Translations under genes and position numbers: made by a program
The notes under the pieces: generated by a model
Seen by the model: the letters and a program-made list of their open reading frames with translations, nothing else
Database searches by the model: none
What the model was told of the DNA's origin: nothing
NCBI RefSeq assembly: GCF_009914755.1
Contig: NC_060930.1
Origin: the human T2T-CHM13v2.0 reference genome, Homo sapiens
Direction: 5' to 3' (one strand)
Length of the DNA: 64,000 bases
Shown here: positions 11,575-25,877 of the stretch, piece by piece
Layout: each line of letters begins with the position of its first letter
How positions within the stretch are numbered: position 1 is the stretch's first letter

Positions 11575-12651
11575 ATGGCTGGCTGTGGTGAAATTGATCA
11601 TTCAATAAACATGCTTCCTACAAACAGGAAAGCGAACGAGTCCTGTTCTAATACTGCACCTTCTTTAACCGTCCCTGAATGTGCCATTTGTCTGCAAACA
11701 TGTGTTCATCCAGTCAGTCTGCCCTGTAAGCACGTTTTCTGCTATCTATGTGTAAAAGGAGCTTCATGGCTTGGAAAGCGGTGTGCTCTTTGTCGACAAG
11801 AAATTCCCGAGGATTTCCTTGACAAGCCAACCTTGTTGTCACCAGAAGAACTCAAGGCAGCAAGTAGAGGAAATGGTGAATATGCATGGTATTATGAAGG
11901 AAGAAATGGGTGGTGGCAGTACGATGAGCGCACTAGTAGAGAGCTGGAAGATGCTTTTTCCAAAGGTAAAAAGAACACTGAAATGTTAATTGCTGGCTTT
12001 CTGTATGTCGCTGATCTTGAAAACATGGTTCAATATAGGAGAAATGAACATGGACGTCGCAGGAAGATTAAGCGAGATATAATAGATATACCAAAGAAGG
12101 GAGTAGCTGGACTTAGGCTAGACTGTGATGCTAATACCGTAAACCTAGCAAGAGAGAGCTCTGCTGACGGAGCGGACAGTGTATCAGCACAGAGTGGAGC
12201 TTCTGTTCAGCCCCTAGTGTCTTCTGTAAGGCCCCTAACATCAGTAGATGGTCAGTTAACAAGCCCTGCAACACCATCCCCTGATGCAAGCACTTCTCTG
12301 GAAGACTCTTTTGCTCATTTACAACTCAGTGGAGACAACACAGCTGAAAGGAGTCATAGGGGAGAAGGAGAAGAAGATCATGAATCACCATCTTCAGGCA
12401 GGGTACCAGCACCAGACACCTCCATTGAAGAAACTGAATCAGATGCCAGTAGTGATAGTGAGGATGTATCTGCAGTTGTTGCACAGCACTCCTTGACCCA
12501 ACAGAGACTTTTGGTTTCTAATGCAAACCAGACAGTACCCGATCGATCAGATCGATCGGGAACTGATCGATCAGTAGCAGGGGGTGGAACAGTGAGTGTC
12601 AGTGTCAGATCTAGAAGGCCTGATGGACAGTGCACAGTAACTGAAGTTTAA
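11575..12651 (+). CDS. RNF146: E3 ubiquitin-protein ligase RNF146 (Iduna), RING + WWE, 358 aa from this ATG
   Basis: C3HC4 RING ([24 protein letters not shown]...CALC), WWE domain ([16 protein letters not shown]), acidic low-complexity C-terminus with Rx(n)DG tankyrase-binding-like motifs. Acceptor TTTTTTCTTAG at 11573, so ORF-track residues from 11542-11573 are intronic. Confidence 0.98.
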   Translation: MAGCGEIDHSINMLPTNRKANESCSNTAPSLTVPECAICLQTCVHPVSLPCKHVFCYLCVKGASWLGKRCALCRQEIPEDFLDKPTLLSPEELKAASRGNGEYAWYYEGRNGWWQYDERTSRELEDAFSKGKKNTEMLIAGFLYVADLENMVQYRRNEHGRRRKIKRDIIDIPKKGVAGLRLDCDANTVNLARESSADGADSVSAQSGASVQPLVSSVRPLTSVDGQLTSPATPSPDASTSLEDSFAHLQLSGDNTAERSHRGEGEEDHESPSSGRVPAPDTSIEETESDASSDSEDVSAVVAQHSLTQQRLLVSNANQTVPDRSDRSGTDRSVAGGGTVSVSVRSRRPDGQCTVTEV

Positions 12652-13540
12652 ATAAAAATGTCTTCAGCTCCATGCTCAAGGTTGAAAGGGTTACCTGTAA
12701 ATTTCTGCCCACATAACATTATACTCATCCCTAGTAGTGCATTTTGGGAGTTGGGGTGGGAAGGGGTATGGGAAGGATAGACTCATAATTAAAATGTCTA
12801 ACATGTCTCTGTTGAGAAATTTATTTAATGTAAGGAACTTGGGTGTTAATAGTTGAGAGCTGTTTAGTAATAACCCAGTTTTCTTGAGGTCTGTTTACTT
12901 TATACTTTTTAAAAACTTCTGTAGTTCTTTTGGCCAGTGTGTTTGTATTATCTGTGCATTAATGGTCCTCATCTGACTCCTGCATTGTGTCTTATTTTTC
13001 TGCATGGATTGGCATAAGACCATTACTAAAATTTGGCACCTGTGAGATGTTTGATATTATGAACAGGAAACATAATTTAATGTATGAATAGATGTGAATT
13101 TGGGATTTCAAAATAGATGAATAACAACTATTTTATAGTAAAGTTATTGAAATGGAAATGAAAACAGCCAGTAACTTATGTTTCAGAATGTTTGTAACAC
13201 ACTTCATGGTGTTCCCATAGGCTTTGCTGTCTAGTCTTATAGTTTGAGGTTTTTTTGGTCTGCATTTTTCTTTTTGATTACAAAATTTATAATTTAATAA
13301 ATACTAGAGTTTATCAAAAACAGTTTGTCTCTTGTTTGAGGGTGGAAAGGGTGTGGAAACATTTTGACATTTGTGACCAAAGGTCACTTAAAAAGTGGTG
13401 GTTTTAATTGGTTGTTTTCAGCTTAATCACCTGCTCAGAAAAGTTTGATTTTTTTCTTAGAGATTATTTAAACAGAATCTATAGGCAGTGTGTATATAAT
13501 AAATATGTATGGAAATAAAACTAAAGCCTGTGAGACTTAA
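12652..13540 (+). other. RNF146: RNF146 3' UTR with poly(A) signals
   Basis: AU-rich and repeat-free. AATAAA at 13296-13301, 13498-13503 and 13514-13519. The 3' end is estimated. Confidence 0.75.
13498..13519 (+). terminator. RNF146: Tandem AATAAA polyadenylation signals (probable distal RNF146 site)
   Basis: Two AATAAA hexamers preceded by TGTA at 13491, with T-rich sequence downstream (about 13565-13580). Confidence 0.65.
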
Positions 13541-13674
13541 AATTCCTCAAATAGCATATACCGTTAATATTTTATATTTTCCTTACCATATTCATTAGTA
13601 GTCTAACACTCTGGATTAAATGGCAGACTTAACGGTGTTAGCAGACATGAATTCACTTTACACAAAATGTTGTA

Positions 13675-14826
13675 GACCACAAAATCCACTTTTATTTGGT
13701 AGTTTTTACATCTATGGCCAAATAGTATTGGGTTGACACAGTAATCTAGAGTTTACCTCTGAAAAAAAGTAATGTGAGTCTGTCTAACCATATTTTCCTA
13801 ACTCAACAGTAGGATCATGATGGTAAGGCAAATACAAGTTATTTTTACCATGATTCTCAAATGTGAATTGAATGTTACAGTAGCAAATACTTTTGACCTC
13901 TTGTGATGAGTCAGAACTAGAACTTAATTCTTTGACTTTCACATTTTTTAAAAAGTGTATTGCTGGGATCATAAACATTTTATGTTGTGCATTTTTATTA
14001 CATTTACTTTTGAAAGATAGTTGTTAGAAGGTTAGTTGTTTTTCAGGAAAAAAAAGAAATCTGATGTAAAAATGCAAATTTATGTTGCAGGATGCTTCAT
14101 GAGTCCCTTCAAGTGGTTTAAAACTACATCAACAGTAGTTGTTTATTACTAGTTGGAAATTCCAGGGCACACAAATGAATGTCCAATTGTAGAATCAGTT
14201 GACTTTCCATGTCATGGCTACCACTGTTTAGTAGGTAATTTACAATAGAAAACTAATTATTGAAAAGAACAAAGTTCCAAATTTGTAGTGGGTAGTGAGG
14301 TACATCTTTTTTTAAATGAAGGGCCATTTCCCATGAATTTTACTCCAGCTGTTTGGAGCAGAAGAAAATGATTGATCATACCCTTTCTTGTTTTCTTGTT
14401 CCCTGATACCTCCCCACTTTTGTTCTTTAGCAGCAACACTCAGTTATTTTGGTAAATTATTTCCAGGTAAAACAGAACAAAAATTGTATGAAAAGTAACG
14501 CCAGGAATAGGTTTTGTATAGAAGCTCTCCTTTTAAACACTGCTCTTTGGTTATAAGCTAAGAATTATTATTGGAATTGACAGCAATAATTTTTAAGCCA
14601 AAAGTGTATATTTTAGCTAAATGTTCCAGATTACGCAGTAAATACCCAAGTGAGTAATTGGCAAGAAATGAGGTAAATGAGTTCAGATATTCAAATGATT
14701 AAAAGTAAGTCTGCATATTAATAGTAGCCTTCAAAGTAATTCTGATGTTCATATTTAATATCATTTAACATTTATACATATTAGTCACTGGAGCTTTACT
14801 TGGAGTACATCCACACGAAAAACCAA
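13675..14826 (-). other. ECHDC1: ECHDC1 3' UTR
   Basis: Unique AU-rich sequence after the TAA at 14827-14829. End estimated from the poly(A) signal. Confidence 0.7.
13691..13696 (-). terminator. ECHDC1: AATAAA polyadenylation signal (probable distal ECHDC1 site)
   Basis: TTTATT on + strand. More proximal copies at 13994-13999 and 14142-14147. Confidence 0.6.
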
Positions 14827-15235
14827 TTATTTATTAAATTTTCCTTTCTTAGCAATAGCCTCTAAATTTGCAGGCCCACCCCAAACTGTTCCTAAAAGAT
14901 CTCTTTCGTTCTGTAATGCTTCCTCCAAATATAGCTCTCTGCCTGAACAAACAGATTTTTTCAAAGCTCTAATTACTTCCGGTGGCCCTTGGATGAATTG
15001 CTTTAGCCATTCTTGTGCCTCTTCTAGAGATTTAGTTTCATCTGAAGACTGCAAGACCTCTTCAACCATTCCTATGTTTAGAGCATTTTTTGAATCCAGT
15101 TTAAGGGCCCCACTCAACACTTTGAGAGCTTGTCTACTTCCGATTATTTCAACTAGCCGGGTGGTGCCACCCCAGCTTGGTATTATGCCCATCTCTTTGT
15201 GGACGAATCTGATCTTACTCTCTGGAGTCATTAAC
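14827..15235 (-). CDS. ECHDC1: ECHDC1 last coding exon (LMTPESKIRFVHKEMGIIPSWGG...KKGKFNK*)
   Basis: Crotonase C-terminal half. Acceptor TTTTTCTTTTACAG (minus strand). 409 nt completes a 906-nt CDS. Confidence 0.97.
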
Positions 15236-15649
15236 CTGTAAAAGAAAAAAGAAAAGCTTAATTGTAACTCTCTCTGTATGCTCTAATCATAAAGTACTAT
15301 CCATTCATGATCTGATGTGAATTCTCCATAGATCTTTATAGGTAGGTATATTAAAAACAATGTTTGAAAAATATGGCTGTTTCATCTAGAATTTAATTTA
15401 CTAATAGTATTTAAAACTTCCCTTTGAAAACAGTATCATTTTTTGTTGTGCTTGTTTACCCTTTGCAAACAAGAACCTTCTAAAAGCCCAAAGTTGATCT
15501 TTCTTAAGTGAGTGGTGACCTAATGAGAGGATGTGGATCAAGTGAAAGTATGGGAGTAGGAAATGTTAGGTGCATACTAAGAAAAACAAACCGAAAAGCA
15601 TAGTAAGTTAAGGTTCTCAAAAGTCCTTAGTGGGGAAAAATGCTTTTTA

Positions 15650-16410
15650 AATACAGCATCTATTCAGCAAGTATTTACAAAGAACTACCAGTGCCAGGTG
15701 GTGGTTTAGGTGCTGAGACTACAGGAATGACCAAAACAAAACCCTTGTGCTCAGGAGCTGTTTTCAGTTTGGAGAGAAAGGCATTAAACCATATAAAGTC
15801 AGTGGCAATGAGTGCTTTATAGCAAAAAGAGAAAAAGAAAATGAGGCAGGAGACAAATGAATTGAGGATATGTGTGCTGGGGGTGTGCTATTTTCGATGA
15901 AGAAGGACACTGAATATTTGAGCAGCCACCTGAGGAAATGAGCAATGCAAAAATCTGGGAAAAGATGTTCCAGGAAGAAGGAATTGCAAGTGCAAAAGTC
16001 TTGAAGTAGAGAACTGCTTAGTATCTCTGGGGACGAGTACAGTGTAACTGGAACATGGGGGATAAAATGAGAAGCATACTTAACAGGCCTTAGTAAGGAG
16101 TTCGGATTTTATTTTTTAAGTGTAAAGTTATTTAGAGGAGGTCAACCAAAGCATTAACATCTGACATTTTACAAGGGCTGCTCTAGTTGCCATGTGCATG
16201 AAGAGCTTATTTAGCATTTCAAAGCTCTTATACCTTTTTTTTTTTTTTTTTTTTAAGGAACTGGCAATACAGCTATTGCAGAGCTAGGATTTAAACCCAG
16301 GCAGGTTGGCTTCAGTTATCTTCATGGTACACATAATAGCTAGACGAGGTGGAAGCAGGGATACCAGTAAGAAAGTTATTGATAGTGGCTTGGATTAGAC
16401 TGATAGCAGT
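15650..16410 (-). mobile_element. L2 fragment (antisense) with short MIR-like piece
   Basis: ATTCAGCAAGTATTTAC..GTGCCAGG..TAGGTGCTGAGACTACAG is the reverse complement of the L2 tail. Confidence 0.65.
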
Positions 16411-18329
16411 GAGTTTCCCTAACGGGTTCATTTTCCCCAGTCATGGGATTTTTATGAATAGGATGATTAATAAGAAAGTATAACAATAAAGGGGAGTTAA
16501 CATTTGCCAGTTCAACAGACTGAGTAAAGCTACACGATTTAGCTTTACTAAATAAACGCCCATGCGTTTTATTTTGACTGCATGCTTCAAGAAGCTTTCA
16601 CTTTCAAATTACTCATTACAAAAAAGAAGACCTTAAGTTGGGTTGGCTTTCCAACGTGTTAAATACTCAAATGCAGGTGATTTGGTTCTATTAGCACTAA
16701 GAACAAAAAACTCAGTCTTTGACCCGAGAGAATTCTGACAAATGCCAACTTATTAACTCACTGGGAAACTTTCTCTTCACAGCTGTGAATTTCTACAAAG
16801 GAAAATATGCCTCCATTATGAACAATTGCTTCTAGAGGCAAATAGCTATGAAAAATAATAGTTTTCAAGAAATAATTTTAAAATTGGGAGGAAAAAAGAA
16901 CAAGTCTTATAAAAATCTGAATTTATCACAATATTGTAAGAGGAGTACTGCCTTGTTAAAACAATATCAAAAGGAATAGAAATTACAGAAATAATGTCTA
17001 ATATTCTTAGAAATAGGAATATTGTCAATATTGAACCCAATCCTATAAAGCTTTTTACATAATACACTAAATATGTAACTGTTCTGAATTGAATCCTAGA
17101 ATTGGTTCAGAGCTGTGCCTATAATGGAGTAAAGGACTATGCCAGGAATAGATTCATTTAGAATCAGCTGAACATAAAAACTGGTTAAAGTCCTAGATGT
17201 TGGAATAATGTAGATGAGCTTATGACAACAAAAGTTATTACCTATGTAAGCACATTCATATTTGGAATTATTTGCTTCTAAAGAAAAATCATCATCTCTA
17301 TGGTGATTTTTTTCCATTTGCCTTATTTTATAAGGTAAAGTGTGTCTTTTGGAATCATATTTTACAACTCCAACAAATCTTGAGGTTATCTTTGTAAAAA
17401 TACCTTTTGTGATCAAAATCTAACATCCATTCTTTGCAAATTGTATACCTCGGGTGTGCTTATGTACTGATATACATTAAATATATATTAAATAAATATG
17501 ACCAAAAAATTCATTGGTGATAAAAGAACACAAGTAGTTTCCTCTAATAAACAGAGCATTCAGATGGTAACCTTTACAGGACTCTTTTAACCTAAAAATG
17601 AAAGTTTAAATATAAAATTTAAAATGCTGAAAAACCTAATTTAAGAAGGACATTATTATATTAACAACAAGATATATCCCAAAATAGTTTCCTGATAGAC
17701 CCTACAGGATTATACACTAATTCTTTCTAGAGTTTAGATGCAGTTACCTAGTAATATAATTATTGCAAGGGATAATCTATGTAGAGTAATGGAAGACTTA
17801 GCTCTTATAATTTTGAAGACTAATGACAGACTCAATTTATAAAACCATATTAAACTTGCTTATTTTGACAAGTAAAAGAATGATAAGTGTCTTCTAACTG
17901 TTTAATAGCATAATCATTGGCAATGTTTAAAATTTCCTCTGACATCCTGGGGCAAAGGAGATGAGATTAATCAAATGTGGATATATTTCTTGTTACTACT
18001 GTCTGGATGAAACAATGTTATAAGAAAGACTACTCATAACTGGGGAAAGAGTTACACCTTTGACAGGTGATACAAAGTCAAGTGTTGATGATACCAGGAA
18101 GGACTGTTCAGTGAGTTACTACTTCTTGATGAGTTAACTCTTAAGTTTCAGGTCTTGAACAAATGTATTCAAGAACATTCTAAAAAGAAATTACCAAATT
18201 TTACTAAAATAGGAAGTTTTTAGTGGAAAAGTTGCAAAAAAACAGCCTTTTTGTAATGTTGATTATTAAAGCAAGGTACTTCTAGTAAATTCTGTGATGA
18301 AGGATGGAAATATAAATAATTGAATTGGA

Positions 18330-18530
18330 AGAGTGTACAGCTTTGATGTGAAGTGCATACACTCAGAAGCCAGACTGCTGGGCTTGAAATCCTAGGATGG
18401 CCACTAGACTGGCTACATATCCACACATTGTAAAATACAGCAAAGGCAAAAGAAACATGGTACAAAGAGGAGAGGAAGATTCATCTCTAGATCTTAGGAA
18501 GTTACTTAACATCTCTGTGTCTCTTGATAG
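18330..18530 (+). mobile_element. MIR SINE fragment
   Basis: AGCCAGACTGCTGGGCTTGAAATCCTAG and AAGTTACTTAACATCTCTGTGTCTC. Confidence 0.5.
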
Positions 18531-19713
18531 ATACTTTGAACATATGTACTCCACAATTCTTTTATAGATAGAGTGTGTCTGTATGTTTTAAAAAATTGTG
18601 TGAAATTGCCTCAAACACATCTACAAGAGAATACAGTATTACCTACTTTTATTTGGAAATATAAAAGTTGTATATATTTTGTAGTCTGATACATAATAAA
18701 CTCTGTATACTAGCTTTTAATACTATTAAGTTGGTGGTATTGATAGGTCCGTAAAAATAACAGTAGTGTTTCTGCTAGTGAAGTAGTATAAAGTTGTCCC
18801 CTGGACTAAAATCACATAATCTCTAAAATATTCAGAGTAAAAGAGCTATACTCAACACTGTATAACCAGCAAATACTCTTCTTCTTCGATGTTGGTTTTA
18901 TAAATGGAGAGCACAAGAAATATTCAATTTTTATATTGCCAAATAAAGTTAGAAATAATACTGTATTCTAATACAGATATGGTTGAAGCAGAAGATTGCA
19001 AGCTGATCTTTTTTAAAAAACAGGTAAGACAGTTATCCCTCTAAGATTTCTTAGAACTGTCCAATACAAGTAACAAGATAAATATCTTGAAATTTTAAAG
19101 AAAACCATTGATGTTACAAAATTAACATGATGTTATACATTTAAAGTTTGGAATCACTGATTTAAATATAAATAAGCTTTAGTGTAGGGCCAGAAACGGC
19201 TAGTCCTTTTACACTGATTGCATAAAGGGCCAAAGACAACAAAGTAAACTTGCTCGCATGGGGAAATATAGCATAGAAAATTATAGAATTCGCAACAGCA
19301 TCTCTGACCACAAACAATACTTTAAAATTATGCCTCGAACATAAACTTACTTGTTCACACGTATATTTTCCTGGCACTTTCTCCCTTTTGTTTTCTACCA
19401 TCTATAACATCACAAAACAATGGAAAAGAGAAAGAACCCAAAAATTCTCCCTATAATCTCACCTTTCTGATTTCCAAGTCTCAGATGATTGGCTTCATGA
19501 GTTTCCATTCATTATATGCAAACAGACTGCTTGAGTAAGAAGGTATATAGTCGAATGTGTGAAAACTTTTATTTGTTGTGTGGTTGTGAGGGGGGGAGCA
19601 GATATAAAAATGTTTTGTGATACTGAAGTCTGATTTTAACATTTAGTAATCCTGGCATGATCAGAGGTAAATTTTCTTGATGTCACAGCTCTAAAGTAAG
19701 AACTTCCAAGTAA

Positions 19714-20174
<461 letters not shown>

Positions 20175-20949
20175 AAAAGGCTACCTTGTAAGTTCCCTTG
20201 GGATAAGAACGTTTACAGCTCCCTTTCTTTATAATATACTTTGAACTAATGGCTAGCAGCTGGAAATGCTAATACCTTGGCTGAGGGTTATTTATATTGA
20301 TGAAAACAGCATTAGAGGTTGAAAACAGATAGGCAGGCTCTAAATTGGATAGTTGAGAATTTTATTTCACTAGGGAGGAATAAAAATGTGCTTTTCATTT
20401 GGTGTATAAACAGCTCAATATCCCAAAGGAGAAATGGGAAAAGAAAATGCAGAGAATTCATACACATATAAATCAACCAACATATGAAAATTTATGCATC
20501 ACCAAAAATCTCTAAAAAGGCAAATTTAATTTTTGATTATCAAAATTATAAAAGATATCTTAAAAGATTATACTCATTGTAAGAAAGGATGCTCTCAAAT
20601 AGACACTTATTTTCTGCTGGTGGTAATATAAATTAGTAGAATCTTTCCTAGAAGATAACGTGGCTATTACCAAAAGCCTTGAACACTGCATATCCTTTCA
20701 TTAAGTATTTGTGCTACTTACATGATTTTTTCAGGAAATAATCTGAAATGTGGATAAAGCCTTTTGCATAAGGTAATTATCACAGCATTAATCATTTTAG
20801 AGAAAAATTGGAAACAACAGACCTAACTGCAAGTGGAAATCTAGTACACGATCAGGTGTTACCTCAAATCACTGGAACACAGAAGGCAGAAGGCTTTCTA
20901 AAACAAATAGTGTTGGGACAAATTGCCATTTGGAAAAAAGATGAAATAA

Positions 20950-21492
<543 letters not shown>

Positions 21493-21688
21493 TGAGCAAA
21501 TATATGCAAAACACTTCACAGATAATGACATTATCCCTAATACTTGAAGAACTTTAAAAAATTGAAGGAAAAAAACAAATATCCTGTTGAGAAATAAGCA
21601 AAATATGAATAAATAATTCACCAAAAAAATTTTTTTAATGGTCCTTAAGACATATGAAACTATAATCAACTTCACTTTAATATAAATG

Positions 21689-21995
<307 letters not shown>

Positions 21996-22378
21996 AATGC
22001 ATATTAAAACTATGCTGAAATATTGTTCCTTACCCATGAAATTGGCAAATTCCAAAGCTTAATAGTAGGCTCTGTTGACAAGGCTAAGTGAAACAGACTA
22101 GAGGGAATGCAAGACTTGTCTATCTCTTATGGAAGAAAATTAGGCAATAATTAATAAATATTCATTAACTCATTAATATTTATTTAACTTTTGATTTAGC
22201 AATCCTATTTCTAGTGTTTATCCTTAAGATATGCCATTAGTATTACTAAAAAGTATAGATAAAGTTATTCACTACAACATTCTAACATATTCAAGACATA
22301 AAATAAGGCTGGAAACAAGGGAAAAAATTTAAACTGAATGCAAAAACTAAATCAAGGTATTTTCAAATGAAATCACAT

Positions 22379-22965
22379 TGAGGGATAAGAAAAGGAAAAA
22401 TCAGGCAGACAGCTAAGGCTAGTCCTTGGAGAAATAGCCTGAAAAATCACAGCTACAGGCACAAACAGAACAACCTGGGGAAAAACTAAACTGCAACTAC
22501 ACTAATAAGAAAGCAAGGCCCAACAGAGAAGCCTTTTTTCCTTTGTGTGATTAGCGGGCTTCCAGGAAAAAGGTTCCTCCCCTTTTCAGGCATATACATG
22601 GTAGGCTCTGTGGGAACCTGCAAAGGAATGGGGGTGGGCTTACCTGAAACAGACCTGCAGTTAAACAAACAAGAGAAGCTTCACTTTGTGCTTACCCAAG
22701 ACATACCCACAGCTGCAGAGATAAGGAGAGTTACACAAATAGCTACAGAGATGAGGGGAGTTTCTTATAAAAGCTTTTGGATTCAACTGTAAAAACAGCA
22801 ACCCACTCAGGCCCCCTCTCCACTACAAAGAGCTTTCTTCTTTCACTTATTAAACTTTGACTCCAACCTCCCCCTTGCGTCCACGCTCCTTAGTTTTCTT
22901 GATTGTGAGACAAGGAGCTCGGATAACACCTCAGACAACGAGACCATTCACCCCAGACCATTTCA
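22379..22965 (+). mobile_element. ERV1-class solo LTR (subfamily not determined)
   Basis: TG...CA termini, 4-bp TSD ACAT (22375-22378, 22966-22969), TATAAAA at 22766 and ATTAAA at 22849. Confidence 0.85.
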
Positions 22966-23556
22966 ACATCAAAGAAGGAGAAACAACAAAAACAACAGTG
23001 AACTAATGTAAGTAACTTTTGGACACAGTACAATACTTTATTTACCCTTAGTCTGGGTGAAAAAAATATATGATACACAAAGATAAAACACAATAGCAAA
23101 ATGTTAAAAATTGTTGGACCTGAATGAATGGCACAGGGAAATTATTTGTATTACTGTCACGCCTTTCCTGCAAGTTTGTAATTATTTCAAAATTAAAAAT
23201 TAAAAAATACAATTCCAGTTTCTCTCTCACACCAAATTCAATAGTAAAATATTAAATATTAGACATATAAAAATGTGTACATGCTTTTTTTTTGCCAAAA
23301 GTTGATGCTAAAAGCCAAGCAGTCTGAGTTTGTCATTTTCTATTTTCTAAGGTAGTTTTGAGAGATTTTTCTCTATTTTCCCATGTTTTTAGAATAACTG
23401 GAATTAGAAAGTAGAATCAAGGAATGAGTGTTTTAAGTACTTCCTGAAGCACATTCTGGAATCTTGATCTTGAAACCAAGCTAACCATCCATACTACAGG
23501 TATAATTATGTTTAAAATAATGTCTATATCAGAGAATCCTTTATAAATAAGGTATA

Positions 23557-25096
<1,540 letters not shown>

Positions 25097-25274
25097 TATG
25101 TGGGTACTATTACTGTTTTCTAAAAAGCATCTAAGCAAGCATTTAAAAAAATAAAAATACAGTTTACAAAATTAACTTAGAGTAACAAAGTTAGCACTTT
25201 TCACTGGCAATCAAACAGAAATATAAAAGTTAGCAACAAATCTGACAATTAAATTCCCTATGCCAAGCCCATAC

Positions 25275-25877
25275 GTGGTAGGTAGATTGGCCCCGAAGAG
25301 ATGACCTAATCTCTGGCAACTGTGCATGTGTTACCATACATGGCAAAAGAGACTGCAGATGTAACTAAAGTTAAATCCTTAAAATAGGAAAATTATCCTG
25401 GATTAACTGAGTGGACCCAATCTAATCATGAGAACACTTAAAAGCAGAGAAATGTTTCCAGCTGTAGTCAGAGAAATGCAGCATAAGGATAAATAAGAGA
25501 GATTCAAAGTATGAGAGGAACTTGACTCACCACTGCTGGAGGAGCCACATGGAAAGCATGAGAAGGAATTCAGAAAGCATCTAGGAGCAAAGACTCATCC
25601 CCCATCTGGCAGCAAGGAAACAGGGACTTCAGTCCTTCAAGTGCATGTAACCAAATTCTACCAGTTGGAACCTGGGTGAGCCTGGGAATGAATCCTCCCC
25701 TAGAGTCTTCAGAGCCCACTGCAACTGACACTTAGATTTTGGTCTCATGAGACAAGGTTTAGAAAAACCAGCTGAGCCCAGCTAGACTTCAGACCTATAC
25801 ATCTGTGAGATAATAACGTGTTGTTTTAAGCCACAGAATTTGTGGTAGTTTGTTATAGCAGCAATAGAAAACTACAT
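25275..25877 (+). mobile_element. MLT1 (ERVL-MaLR) solo LTR
   Basis: TTACCATACATGGCAAAAGAGAC and 3' end TTTGTGGTAGTTTGTTATAGCAGCAATAGAAAACTACA. Confidence 0.85.

Noticed and set aside
12378-12635. 85-aa antisense ORF and shifted-frame ORFs inside RNF146
   Set aside because: Shadow ORFs of a coding exon with no independent signals.
12649-12656. AATAAA overlapping the RNF146 stop, and likewise in ECHDC1's last codons (14830-14835)
   Set aside because: Expected by chance in AT-rich sequence, with no evidence of use visible here.
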